64,000 bases of DNA from Chrysomallon squamiferum (lineage: Eukaryota; Animalia; Mollusca): NCBI GenBank assembly GCA_012295275.1, contig CM022671.1, positions 25,482,001-25,546,000 of the forward strand, in the 5' to 3' direction. Below are positions 1-13,686 of this stretch, piece after piece (position 1 is the first letter of the stretch; each line of letters begins with the position of its first letter). The position numbers and the translations under genes are program-made. Below the pieces are notes generated by a model, which was not told where the DNA came from, did not search any database, and saw only the letters and a list, made by a program, of their open reading frames with translations.

Positions 1-1415
1 ACATGGATAATTGAAACTGCAGGTGTGAAAGAAAAACCAACTTTGATGTAACACAGTTCTGCTAATCCACTAAGCCTCTTGAAGTTAAGTACAATTTACA
101 TGATATAAAACAATTTGCATTAATTTACTGTGTAAATCATATGTAACACTTGATTTCATAATAACTTCTTTATACTGTTTATATGGTAAACTTCAACTGA
201 TTTTAAATCACACTGAACAAACCAAAAATATGTCATAACCCCATCTGTTCTGCGACCTTGACCTTGTAAACTTATAAAACCTTCATTATAGCACATAATG
301 TACATTAGAAAATATGAGTAGTCTTATAAATTAGTAAAACTTGTAATAATAATGTACATAAAACACCTTAACAAGATTCATGTATCAAATATTTTAACAG
401 TTACAACTCTCTAAATAAAACAACTTTGACCTACAATTTAATTTTAGTTAAAATGTAGTGATAACAACTCTTATAAATAATGAAAGAAAGAAAGAAAGAA
501 AGAAAAAATAACATAAATAAATAAATAACATAATAATAATAAATAAATAAATGAATAAAGTATTAACATGATATGGATAATAAATAAATAAATAATACAA
601 ATAAATTACAGATATCATAAGAAAAACAAAATACAAAAAGAAAAAGCCCACAAAAACAAGAGAACAAAACAATGAAACAAAAATAAAAATAACTTGAAAA
701 ATCTGCTACAAATGAATGGTTCTCACATGAAAAAAATACAATTAAAAAGTGTTAACGTAATTTTGACATGCAAATGTGCTATTTGATTAGAATAACTTTG
801 TACATTACAGAGACATATTTGATATATATATATATATTTTATTTTTGGTGTTATTTACTATTTATTAGTTTACTAAATCAACAAACAGTTTGTGCTAAAA
901 GAAACCAGTCAGATCTGGAGATATATTATTAAATAAAATCAAAATTAAAACCAAACATCTATACTGTATCGACATTCACTTAAAAAGATAGAATCAAATC
1001 AATACAAAAGATTTTTATGATAACAAAACAAATTACTGACAACACAGTTTGTGTAAAGAATAAGAATGAAGTATTACCTGGTAGCATGCATTAACGAATC
1101 TCATACGAATGTTCAACAGCTGATCATAATCCAAATCCATTGAATGAAACTTTATATTAACCAGAAATTAAAACACCTATTCTCAAATTCTGTTACATGA
1201 AAAAAAAAAAAAAAAAAATTATTTACTGAATGTCAAACAACCCTTCAGTTATCTTATTTCTTTCTTTTTCTTAATCTTTTTTTTTTTTTTTTTTTTTTTT
1301 TCAATTTATTTCTATCACAACAAATATCCAGATATTCCTGTAAATTAATTCAATATTGGAAATATTTAATTTTGAAATCCTGTGTCTTCAAAAATGTTAA
1401 AATGAATGAAAATAT

Positions 1416-1574
1416 TTAATCTCTTTGGTTGAGAATCGGAGCTGACTGAGTATTAGAAGTAAATCCAGTTAAGTGAGATAATGTGGAAAGAGGTTGGATT
1501 ATCAACTGTGTGGGACGTGTGACAGCTTGAAACTGTGAGACCAGCACAGAACAGACGTCTGGAGCTTTTACTAC
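1416..1574 (-). CDS. Probable terminal coding exon of the coiled-coil gene (VVKAPDVCSVLVSQ...LNQRD*)
   Basis: Acceptor tttacggcag|GTA is phase 0, matching the phase-0 end of exon 9603-9785. Open to TAA at 1416 and GC-richer than its flanks. The link across the ~8 kb intron is inferred. Confidence 0.45.
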   Translation of the reverse strand, partial: VVKAPDVCSVLVSQFQAVTRPTQLIIQPLSTLSHLTGFTSNTQSAPILNQRD

Positions 1575-2653
1575 CTGCCGTAAACCTTCTAAAATTTTCA
1601 CTGTAGTTAACCAGTAGTTTCAGATGTTCAGATTTAATTATAAACTGAGAATAGTTTTTTCAGTCTTCTGATTTGGTTTTACTTAAAGATTAAATATATA
1701 AAGTAAAATCAAGAACTTTTTACGACTTAGTGTGTAAATCTTCTAAAATTTTCATTACTAACTGATAATGTCAGATGTTCATTTTTAATGATAAATTTGA
1801 AATTAATTTTTAGTTCTCTGATTTGCTTTTGTTCTTTAAATTTTATAAAGTAAACGATACCATGATGTGCTGTAAAGCTTCTAAAATTTGTACTATTACA
1901 TTTTATTAATCAATAATTTCAGATATTTCAGATTTAAAGATAAATATGAAACAATCTTTCATTTTTCTTCTTGTTTAATTCATTTGTATTGATTAAATTT
2001 ATAAACTAGAACTTTATACAGCTGCTGTAAACATTCTAAAAGTTTCATTATTGCTCTAAAATTCACCAATAATTTCAGGAGTTAAAATTAACTATTAAAC
2101 TTCACTGGTTTTACTAATAATAAAATTTATAAATTTATTACTAATGTTTTTATCAGTTATCATAAACATTTCAGCATTATATTTAATTCATCATTAATTT
2201 CAATCATTTAACATTTATTAGATATTAAATTAATTTTATAAACTGCTTTAAGTATTTAAAAAAAAAATTCATTGTTACTTTAAAATCTGTAAAACCTTTG
2301 GTTCAACTTAACTGAATTTTTGAAAAACAATGGTTGTTCTTTTCTTTTTTCTTTTTTATTGGTTTTATTTTCAGACATTAAATTTATTAGCTATATACAA
2401 GTACTTTTATTGACTGCTGTAAATATTCTAAAATTTTCACAACTTTTAATTCTGCCATAATTTCTGGTCTTGGCTACAAAATGTCAAACAATACTTCATT
2501 TTCTTTTTAAACATTTATTTTAATTTCATGGTGCACTTTCTAGGGTTTTCAACTGACATATAATTTCTAAAATTAATATATATATTTTTTAATTTTAAAG
2601 TTTATTTTCTTCTCTTTTTCGTCTTCTTCTTCTTATTTTTATCATTATCATTA

Positions 2654-2699
<46 letters not shown>

Positions 2700-2910
2700 T
2701 TCATTGTGTTAAATTTGCTAGAAATGCATGTGATTAAGAACAGAAGGTGCTGTAAACATTTTCAAATTATCCCCACTGCTTTAATAAACCAATGATATTT
2801 AGAATCACTTTTAATTATTATATATAATAATATTATATATGTGTATCCACAAAGCTTAAGAAGTAGCTAAATCTTCAAGAACTAACTTTTGTAAATAATC
2901 TAAAATATTC
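1575..2910. repeat. Degenerate ~140-160 bp tandem array seeded on the exon acceptor
   Basis: Recurrent GCTGTAAA(C/T)(A/C)TTCTAAAATTTT core near 1580, 1734, 1870, 2025, 2417, 2750 and 2891, with progressive decay. Confidence 0.65.
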
Positions 2911-4592
2911 AGCATTACCTTAGTTTTTACTAAACAGCTAAGTCTGAATGGTATTTCAACACTAAAAGATCAATCTGAAACAAACGTCATAATTTTTTTT
3001 ATTTCTACTATAAAATAATCAATTATAATTTCTGGAGCAAGGATTCTGTTATTGTATTTTCACAAATATATAATGATCAAAAATAGTTACTTTTAAAATG
3101 TTTTTAAGAAGCTGTTAGAGATAAAAAAAAAAAACAATTAATAAAAAAATTTAAATTGTGTCCTTACAATATGTAACATAACACAAATACATTATATCAC
3201 AAATACATGCGATATGTGATTGTTATGTATCAAATAAATGATTTAATTCACAACAAATTTGGGTGGTTTGCTGTAAGTCAGTGATAGATCTTGAATAATA
3301 TTTGATCACTTAAAGAGAATATGATGTGCTGTTTCCCTTTCTAAACAGGCTCGAAGACAGCTATAAATGAAAATATCAGTTACTGATTAAGGATAAATTT
3401 TCCACAAGCCAAAACTAACAGAAGATATACATGACTAAAAACTGTAGCAATCATACAACAGTTTGTTAAAAAAAAAAAAAAAAAAACAAAGAAAAAAAAA
3501 CTAACTATACTTAAAACGTTTTGTTCTTTGTTCATGATAAAAATGTACTGCTTCCACAGAGGCATAAACAGAACAGAAACTGTCTCACCAAAGTATTCAG
3601 AAAAATAAAATAAAATAAATAAATGAACAAAAAAGAGATAAAAAATAAAATAAATAAAATAACAGAAAACATTACTCACTGTTTTATGCATAACATTACA
3701 TTTCAGAGAGTATGCATATGCATAAATAAATAATAAATGAATGAATGAAAGAAAGAATAATGAATAATGTGTGTGTGTCAGCATGTGTGTGTATGTGTGT
3801 ATTGAAAAAGAAGGAAATAGAAATGTTCAAAATATAATCCCCCTCCCAAAAATAAACAAGTAAATAAATAAATAAATACAAAATTAAATATTACCTTTTA
3901 TCTTAGGCTTAACTCTGTTTTCAAGTTGAAAAATTTCTTTCTTATCATATCTTTTTACTAAAAGCCGAATTACCTTACTTTTTTCTTATCTCACTCTATA
4001 CAAACTGAGTGCATTAATTATTCTGTAGAATGATTTACCACAATGTACCATGTCAGACATTAAGAACTATGATAATACATCTTTTGTGCAGCATAATGGT
4101 TTGTATCTAACAGTATACTGGGAAATAGTGACTTCATTTCAGCTGTGGTTATACAAAATCACTGCTTGTGAGCATGCAGTTTGGAACCAACAATTTAGAG
4201 AATTTTTTAATTATGCTTATTCTGTGACATGCAATTAAATAGATACCAGTTTATTTACTTTTACATCTTTATTTGTAAATTTAAACTACAACATTATTAT
4301 TTTATATATATAATTATTATTATTTTTTATTTTTTGTTCTTGTTGTTGGCATAGTTAAAAATGGGTGTATTTCTTTCTGGAAACAAAAGATTCAAATGTT
4401 ATTTAAAAATAAAAATATAAATTAGGGTATATATCATAAAATCAAGTGTTTATTTATTTTTTGCCTGTCTCTGCACTGTATTATTAGTCAGACTGGTTTT
4501 GCCATTTCTTATACAACAACCACCGAAAGAGTACACAATTTCATTCCAAGTTAAAATACTTTAAGTATTTATTCCTTCTCTTTGTGTTCTTT

Positions 4593-4628
<36 letters not shown>

Positions 4629-5659
4629 TATTTTTTTTTTTTTTTTCAAAAATATTGTAAGTGTTCAAATAAGGATTATGCTTTTTAAAAGTGAGATATT
4701 AAATTAAATACATGAATCTCCTAAGTAACCTAACAACAACTAGATATAAAATTACAGTTGCATAATCTCTTCATAAAACAATTAATTATTAATATCAGAT
4801 CTTTGATGAGATAATTTGTATTCAGTTTACATCTCTGTGAAAGCAGTATTTATATTTTTTTTATTATTATTGTGAACAAAGAACAAAACTTGTTTACAAG
4901 ATAAAAGGTTTTGGTTACAGTTTGTATGGAAATTGCATTTCACCAAATTGTTATATAATTCATAGATATTCTTAGTCATATTTATATTCTGTAGTTTTAA
5001 TTTGTTTTCAATCATTATTCAAGATCTGTCAATGGCTTACAGCAAACCACCAACATTTGTTGTGAATTAAATCAGTTATTTGATAAACAACAATTACATA
5101 TTACGTGCATTATATTTCAGTGACATAACGTATTTGTGTTATGTGATGTATCATAACGACGTGAAATACTGCCTCACTGTGATTAAATACCTGTGATTAA
5201 ACAAAGGTGATTAAACACCTGTGCTGTATCACGGCCAAGGTAACAAGCTGAAAATCATCAATAAATAACCTGTATTAGAACTGGTGCTGCAACATCTGAT
5301 TTACTTTATGATCTCCGTAGTGATCAATGGGTAATTTGCAGAAAGTGTGTGAGATTGTTTTGTGTGTTTTTGTTTGAAATGCTACTGAAGTGTTCACAGA
5401 TGAACAAACACTGATGTGGATTAGTCAGGTAATGGGATAGAATAGATTGACTTATAAGTTAGAAATATATTTTCAAGATTAAACACAATGCATTATGGTA
5501 ATAATTTTATTATTTTTTATTAGTTATTTTGTGCCAGCTCAATTAACTGTCTGGCTCTCTTTATCACCAGGGACTGCTTTGTGGTTGGTGTCTGGGGATA
5601 ATGTATGGTTGATCAAAGGATCAAATTTCCTCTTTTTTTTTTCCCCCACTGATATTTTT

Positions 5660-5730
5660 TCCAGTCTACCATGTGCTTTGTGACTGATTTATCAAAGACC
5701 ATGGTATGTGCTTTCCTGACTGTCTTGAAT
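5660..5730 (+). mobile_element. Fragment of a dispersed SINE-like repeat
   Basis: GTGACTGATTTATCAAAGACCATGGTATGTGCTTTCC resembles segments at 33095, 35296 and (reverse) 52090. Confidence 0.45.
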
Positions 5731-8637
5731 TCATGAATTAAACAAATAAAAATTTTTCTTTTTTCTTTATTCTTTTTATCACCAAGGGTTAAACTGAATA
5801 ATTCCATATCATTATCTTTGCTGGTTGTTGAGTATCATATAAAACCCACACCAGACAAAAAAAAATAAATAATTCTACATAAATTAAATGGAAACATAGA
5901 TAATTCATAGAACAAATAGAAAATTTGGTAGAATTATTCATTAAATAATTTTTTTGATTATGAAAACACAATAACAAAAAAAAAAAAAAAAAAAAAAAAT
6001 AATCACAGCTGAAATGAAACAAAACAAGAATAAAATAAAATAAAACAAAAACATAAACTATATAAAATAAAAATCTGAAGTAAAAACAATAATGAGCACA
6101 ACACAAAATAACAATAAAAAATATAACAGCCTGACTATAAAACTATCGCACAGTCATGTCACTTACAATCACCTGCATTGTTCTGATTTCTCATTTCTAA
6201 CAATACTTTCACTCATGCCTCCCACACTTTAAAAAAAACTCAGTAGATCAATACAAATGTATTGTCATATATTAACAATTAACACCCATGAATAACAAAG
6301 AATTGTCCACTCAATATGAATAAGATTTCTGTTTGACCAGATGTCTGAGAGCCAAACATAAAAGTTACTGGTTTCTGTTCTAGAATCCATTATTTAAGGT
6401 ACATGAGGATTTAACTGTTTTCTGAATCAGTGACTGATAATAATAAAATATTAATAAGAATGTATTGTGTTCAACACAAAACAACAAGCTCAGTTCTATT
6501 TTTATATTGTTATTTGAAAACAGACAGAAATCATTACAATCTCTTGCAAAAAAATTTGAAAAAAAAAAAGAAATCTCACCTACAATGAAATTTTAATAAA
6601 TAATGATTTGGGAAATATACCTGTTACAAAATATATTATTATAAATCATAATGGAATGAGAAAATACTTTTTTGCTTTCATTCAGAAGGATTTAATAATT
6701 TAAAATAATGTTTTTAGAGAAAATCATATGAAAAAACCTAGTTTACATGCAAAGCAGAAATTCAGAGTAATAATGGTATTTCAGTAATGTAAAAATTCAG
6801 ACTACTTGATAATATATTACAACAATGTACAAATTCAGACTAATACATATTCTGTACTTTACAACAGTTTGCAAATTCAGACTAGCTCTAACACATGCTC
6901 AGCATTTTACAACAATGTAGAAATCTAGTCTTATATATGCTTGGTATATAATTACTAATGTATAAAACATTCTCATTATTAACATGCAATATGTGGAATC
7001 AAACACTTTCAGTGTTATTACTGAGTTAAATAAATAAATAAATTTAAAAAAGTTATAATTTATTGTTATACAGTACTGAACATACACTTCATTTTCTTTC
7101 TTTTTTTCTCCATTTTTTAATCTCATTTTTCTTTCATTTTTTTAAGAAGAAATCTTAAAGAATGTGCACTGGCAAAAATATTAAAATAAATAAATAAAAT
7201 GACTGTTAAATATTAGAATCATTTTACTGAATATAGTTTGGTCAGAAAGTACAGGTAAATTATTTATCATATATATATATATATATATATATTTAGTTAT
7301 TAAAAAACACAAAAACAAACAAGAAAAGAAAGAATGATATCTTACCACATGGATAATGTGTCTAATAGTAAAAACTTCACTTTCCATAGCACTGTTTTCA
7401 ATACACTGACTTTTTTCAGGTAAACCAAAATATTTATTGTAAAGAATTTAAATAAAATATATTTTTAAACTTCCAGCAGACAGTGTAAATGCATAGGTCT
7501 GTTTTAGTGTGAGAAATTCAAACAGAAATGAAGGAAAGACAGAACTTTGCTCTGTTATATTCAAGTTGAATGTCAAGTCTCTACTGGTTTTGTGATTTAT
7601 ATTATTTACTAATTGAAAATAAACCACCAGTTTTTAATGAAGGATTAATCCCATTAATCCCATGGATTATGGTTAATCTTTCAATTCAATATATCACTCA
7701 TTTGATAATTATGGCATAAAAATAATCAGGAAGAAAAATAAGAACAAGTTCAGGAAACCAATGGATATTTAATGTCATCTCAGTGAACTTATGTAAACAT
7801 ATATGTGTGTGTGTGTACATGTGTGTAGTACATATGTATGTATGTATAATGTTGTATGTATGAATGAATGTATGTATATATATATGAATGTATGTATGTT
7901 TATATGTATATGAATTGTATATTTAACATCTGAAATATAAATGTATATGAATAATGAAATATTTCAAATGTTGTGTTTAAAGTGTATCTATGAAATCTGA
8001 CAGTTTATGCTTCCATGTGTGAAATCAGTTTTAAAGTGCCACTGTTGTCAACCACTAATTAAAACCAATACACAACAACAACAACAACAACGTCAACAGA
8101 AGCAAACTACAACACTTTATGATCTGGATCAAAAGCTCATGGGGCTAATCTGAAAGGCTTAATGCTAGATTATAATCATGAAAATTAACATTAGTACTAA
8201 TACTGATAATCAACTGACTTACAAAAGGCAAAAACACATTTTGTAAAATCCATGTTACAGTTTTATTTCACATTGCTGTTATGTACTGGACATGCATTAT
8301 TCTGAATTTTCATACTCTTTCAACATATATTAACATGTATTTAATATCTTCCATTATATTGCATGTAAACCACAGCATTTTTCTTCTTCTTCTTTTTTTT
8401 TTCTTTTCTGTTATTTGGTTCTTGGAACTTTTCATTGTTAATATAATAATACAGTGTGACCAATGATTGCCACTGCACCTGAGGTTTGTATATCATATGA
8501 TGTTATTTTAGTCTCTGCAAACCTCACAGTAACTTAATATATCAGGATCTCATAAGCTGATACATTATATTATAACAGAGAAATATGAAACAAAATCTAA
8601 CTGATTGAGCAAATAATAATCTGTATATAATTCTGTA

Positions 8638-8947
8638 CAGGTTGAGATTCCTTTATCTGAAATGGTTGGAACTGGAAATTTTTCAGATTTGGGAATATAA
8701 AGAGATAGGATGAGAATAAAATGTACATTTATGTATGAATTCCATTTATTTTTCATGTACAGCTAAAATAGACAGTCTGCAGGATTTTAAAAATAATATT
8801 TTTAATAATTTTGTGCATAACATGCAGTTTGTATTTTGCAAAAAAGTCTGAAAACTGTCAGATATTATTATTTCTGCTGCTTGGAAAAAGTTTCGGGTTT
8901 CAAAGCCTTTTGGATTTCAGAATTTCAGATAATAGCTTCTCAGCCTG
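8638..8947. mobile_element. Non-autonomous Tigger/pogo-like (Tc1/mariner superfamily) MITE, 310 bp
   Basis: TA|CAGGTTGAGATTCCTTTATCTGAAAT ... ATTTCAGATAATAGCTTCTCAGCCTG|TA: ~26-bp imperfect TIRs with TA on both sides. Ends resemble Tigger4/MER46-type termini (from memory). Confidence 0.75.
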
Positions 8948-9396
8948 TACATTACAGTGTTGCTTCATATAAAGAAATACAAACTAAATGATTGAGCAAA
9001 AGATAATCTCAAGCTTGACAGACTGAGTAAACCAATGCACTACTACAGTATCTTTGAATCTATTGTTATTTTTGTACATAGATGAAAAACTCCCGATAGA
9101 CTGAGGAACACTTAAGCCAACCTGCTATCATTTTGTACGCAGAATATAAAACAAATCATGAAAGACTAAGAAAAACCATTGCTGTATCCAAAATGTATCA
9201 GTATTTGTGACAAACTGAGAAATTATTTTGTACAGTGATTATAAAAACAAAATGTAACAAACTGAGTAAATCAACTGAAAAATAAACTGAATTCTGAATC
9301 TACCAATCTTTTTATACAATCTAATAAACTGAATCAAAACAAAAATCTTGAAAGGCTGAGCAAATTGTTGAAAATTTTTTATGGTGTGTTATACAT

Positions 9397-9583
<187 letters not shown>

Positions 9584-9602
9584 GTTAATTCAACTGACTG
9601 AC

Positions 9603-9785
9603 CTGCTGTAGTTTTTGAAGCTGTGACAGTAACCCTTCTTTTACTTTGGTTTCCCTGTCCAGATCTACAGTCAGGGTGTTTATCTTCTGTTTGAGTTCTG
9701 CTGTTATGTTTTCCTTCTCCCTCCGAATGCACCATTCTTTTTCAGTTTCCAGCACTTGTCTCTCTTTGCTTACTGCTTCCCTCAC
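9603..9785 (-). CDS. Coiled-coil gene exon (VREAVSKERQVLETEKEWCIRREKE...LQKLQQ), phase 0-0
   Basis: aag|GTG acceptor and CAG|gtcagt donor; 183 nt, open, heptad-like. Confidence 0.9.
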
Positions 9786-10577
9786 CTTTAATACAAAAAC
9801 AAAAGCAATAAAATAGTACAACAACAACAGTAATAACAAAAATAATAATAACAATGACAATAATAAACTTAATAATAATAATAATAACAAAACAAGAACA
9901 ACAACCAATAACCAGTAAAACATAACAACAACAATAATAAACTTAATAATTTGTTAATAATAATAACAATAGTGATGAATAAACAATCAATAACCAACAA
10001 AACATGGAAGGTATACAATAGTAGTGTCAATAAAAAAACCCATTACTGATTATTATATTTAGTTGTGAGTGTATATGCAGTTGTAGTAGTGGCAGTAACT
10101 GTAGTAGTAAAAATAAATTAAGATTGTAATTTATACATGATTAGATACCTGAAATATAACTGAACTTGTATTTGTGTAAAGATGGTTATGGTTGAAGTAA
10201 TAGTAATAGTAGTAGTAGTAGTACATTGTAATTAGTAGTTCAAAACTCAAACATGTTTAAAAACTGAAGTGTATTTAAACACTAAATTTTGTGCAGAGGT
10301 AGTTGTTGTTGTGGTAGTAAATGTAGAAACAGTAATATAATAACAGTAATCTAATTCCAGTGTAACAGTAATTAGTATTATAAATATTTCATATCACACA
10401 CTTACTTGGATACCTGGAGAATAGTAGTATGAGTATTTTTAAGTTGTAGTAGTATATAGTAGTATTTGTATAGAAATAGTTTTAAGTTGTAGAAGTAGTA
10501 GTAGCAGTAGCAGTAGTAGTAGTATAACAACATTGTAATTCCTGTGTAACATTCATAACAGAGACATGTTTGGATAC

Positions 10578-10679
10578 CTGAAGTGTAACTGTTTCTTGCA
10601 TTTTCACTTCCAGTTCACGTCTCTCATCTCCCAAACGCTTCACTAAGTTCTGAAGTCGTTCTATCTCTTTAGACTTTTC
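10578..10679 (-). CDS. Coiled-coil gene exon (EKSKEIERLQNLVKRL...TVTLQ), phase 0-0
   Basis: caag|GAA acceptor and CAG|gtatcc donor; 102 nt, open. Confidence 0.9.
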
Positions 10680-11219
10680 CTTGGTGAATAAAAACAAAAT
10701 AACAACTTACAGAAGTAGAGAAGATGACAACAGTTCATTAAAATTTATTAAAAACAAATGATTATTTACTGATACCATGAGTAATAAAAAATGATATCTC
10801 ACTGTGAATTTTGTTATTATTTTTTATTTCAAGTGATAACAGATTACCCAGAAGAAATAAATAATAACTTTGAATATAAAAATAATTTTTATTAGACCAT
10901 TTATTTGCATGACTTTAAAAGGTACAGCCTCATATATTGACATAAATATAATGTATATATTGGAATGACTTGAAATATTGCTGCACTATAACCAAAAATT
11001 TCTAACAGTCAGTATAATTTCTTTAAAAAATTTTTTAAAAATATTTCTGCAGATACAACCTTAATCAGATAAATATCTGACAAAATTAATTTGTTAAAAT
11101 GCAGCTATTAAAAAAATAAATAAACAAGACATCAAAGATACAGACATGTAGGCTATTTACACAGATTTTATGAATATAATTTTATTTTTTTTATTTTTTA
11201 TTTTTCTTATTTATTTATT

Positions 11220-11280
<61 letters not shown>

Positions 11281-11288
<8 letters not shown>

Positions 11289-11588
11289 TTGTATTAGTAA
11301 CTCACTGCTACAGTGGAAGTGTTCTCTGAAACAAGGGCAGTAATTCTGTCCTATTATTATTATTATTATTATTATTTTGTATTTAACTTGGAAGTGTTTT
11401 GTAATTTGTCCTATTATTATTATTATTATTATTATTTTGTATTAGTAACTCACTGCTACAGTGGAAGTGTTCTCTGAAACAAGGGCAGTAATTCTGTCCT
11501 ATTATTATTATTATTATTATTATTTTGTATTAGTAACTCACTGCTACAGTGGAAGTGTTCTCTGAAACAAGGGCAGTAATTCTGTCCT
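11281..11588. repeat. ~88-bp tandem duplication of exon 3' end, donor and (ATT)n
   Basis: TTTTGTATTAGTAACTCACTGCTACAGTGGAAGTGTTCTCTGAAACAAGGGCAGTAATTCTGTCCT occurs three times identically, plus one corrupted copy. Confidence 0.9.
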
Positions 11589-11700
11589 CCACCCTGGAAG
11601 CTGCCTCCCTCCTCTCCTGCTCAAAGCCAGACTTCAAGTCCTCTATTGCCTGCTGCTTCTCCAGAAACAAAGATTCTCTCAGCTGCAGCATTGCAGAATC
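11542..11700 (-). CDS. Coiled-coil gene exon (DSAMLQLRESLFLEKQQAIEDLK...NTSTVA), phase 0-0
   Basis: ttccag|GAT acceptor and GCA|gtgagt donor; 159 nt, open. Confidence 0.9.
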
Positions 11701-11826
11701 CTGGAAAACAGATAATTATATATTCATTAAAATAAAGTAAAAACAAACCCCTCCCCCAAAAAACCCCTGTTTTAGTTATATTATTAAAATTATTATTACT
11801 ATTATTATTATTTTTATTAATTATTA

Positions 11827-11862
<36 letters not shown>

Positions 11863-12996
11863 TTACATAAAATTAATTTCTTTCATGTTAGGAATATTAT
11901 TTTTATGAATAAAATTGAACTTGGACCATCACTAGAAAAGAAATTAACATTTTCTCAAGGATAGATCATAAGTAATTATTTTGCCTAAATTTTATTTTAT
12001 TATTTTCATTTTTCTTTTAAGTGATATTATTATTTCTTAAGACATTTCTTTTATTTTTTTTTTTTTTTTTTTTTTAATTATCTGAATCATGTAGTAAATA
12101 AAATGATAAGAAAATCTATGTTTAGACTAATTACTCATTAATTAAATAAATTTGACATGCACTGGACTAACATTGATTTGAATTACAATTATGCTTTGAT
12201 TAATCAAACATATTTCAGATTATAATTACTTTTCTGGTTACAACACTGGTTATAAACAGAACACTTTTACTGGCTATGGTAAAGGTTATAATTACTTTGT
12301 TCTGGTCACAACACTGATTTAGAAAGATTTTTACTGGATACAAAACTAATTTACACATAAAGTAATCTACCTGGTTATGACATTGGTTATAAATATTTGT
12401 TACTGATAACAACACTGAAACAGAAACACTTTATGATTATGACATCTATTTACAGAAAAATCACTTTTCCATGTCACAACAACTATAATTATATTATATA
12501 AACGAATGACATGCTGGTTAAAACATTCATGATAACATTCAGTGTACTGTACTAGTAGTTACCAATTCTCTCTCTGTTTGTTCTGGGTGGTTCAAATACT
12601 AAAATTCATCAGAAAGAAACTTGTATTTTAATTACATTTTACCATCATTTTGGCTTTAAAGACTGACAGAAAGAATTTTAAAGATGACATAATCAAAAAT
12701 AAAAAGTGTTCTGATGTTTTATCATAAATTAATATTTTACTTGTAAGGTAGTAGTGGAGGTAATAGTGGTTGTAATAGTAGTGGCTGTGTAGTAGTAGTA
12801 GTAGTAGTGGTAGTAGTAGTAGTAGTAGTAGTAATAGTACTAGCAGCAGTTGTTGTTGCAGTAACAGTAACAGTAGAGATAGTGATTGTTGTTGAAGCAG
12901 TTGTAGTTGTACTAATAGAAATAGTTGTTGTAGCAGCAGATCAATATGAGTAGCAGTTGATATGATGATAAAAATGATAATAGTAATAATAATAAC

Positions 12997-13041
<45 letters not shown>

Positions 13042-13146
13042 TAGTAATAATGGTAATAATAATAATAATAATTACAATTGTGAAGAAAAGAAATGAAATT
13101 AATGTTTTTAAACAAGTGTTAGTATGTAGACTATTAACACACTGAC

Positions 13147-13252
13147 CGTTTCCTTTCTCAGAGTGGTCAAGACTCTCTTGTGATCAGCTGCAATGGCATC
13201 TCTGGCTTCAATTTCCTTAGCAAGTTCCTGTTGCATCTCTATCAGCTGGTTC
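13147..13252 (-). CDS. Coiled-coil gene exon (NQLIEMQQELAKEIEARD...LRKET), phase 2-0
   Basis: aag|G acceptor and ACG|gtcagt donor; 106 nt, phase-consistent with neighbours. Confidence 0.9.
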
Positions 13253-13507
13253 CTTTAAAGATTATTAATGTTACAGACTTATAATTATAAGCTTTCAGTG
13301 TCACAAATCATCATTTAGTTACAAACTCGAAACCATAAAACCATCATAGTTACCAATAAAAAATATTTAATGTCAGAAACATGTAATCATAAGATTTCAG
13401 TGTCACAAATTTGTAATTACCTGAATCATATAACAAATATTAATTGTTACAGAGGTTTAACATTACAGACTTTGAGTTTACCTGAGACTAATGCCACACT
13501 TAATCAC

Positions 13508-13686
13508 CTGAGTTTGATGTCTGTGTCCTCTCTGCTGTTGATTTCCTCCTGAAGCTGGTTCACTGTTTGTCTCATCTGAGCCAGTTCCACCTGCAGCTGT
13601 TCTCTTGTCTGCATCGTCAGCCTTTCTTTGTCACTCAGCTCTCGCTTCATGCGATCTCTCAACAGTTCGTAGTCCCTTGTTTTTTG
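13508..13686 (-). CDS. Coiled-coil gene exon (QKTRDYELLRDRMKREL...DTDIKL), phase 0-2
   Basis: ttcag|CAA acceptor and AG|gtgatt donor; 179 nt, open. Confidence 0.9.

Noticed and set aside
1078-1104. Possible mini first exon MRFVNACYQ|gtaata on the minus strand
   Set aside because: Only a donor-like match; no partner exon in the window and expected by chance.
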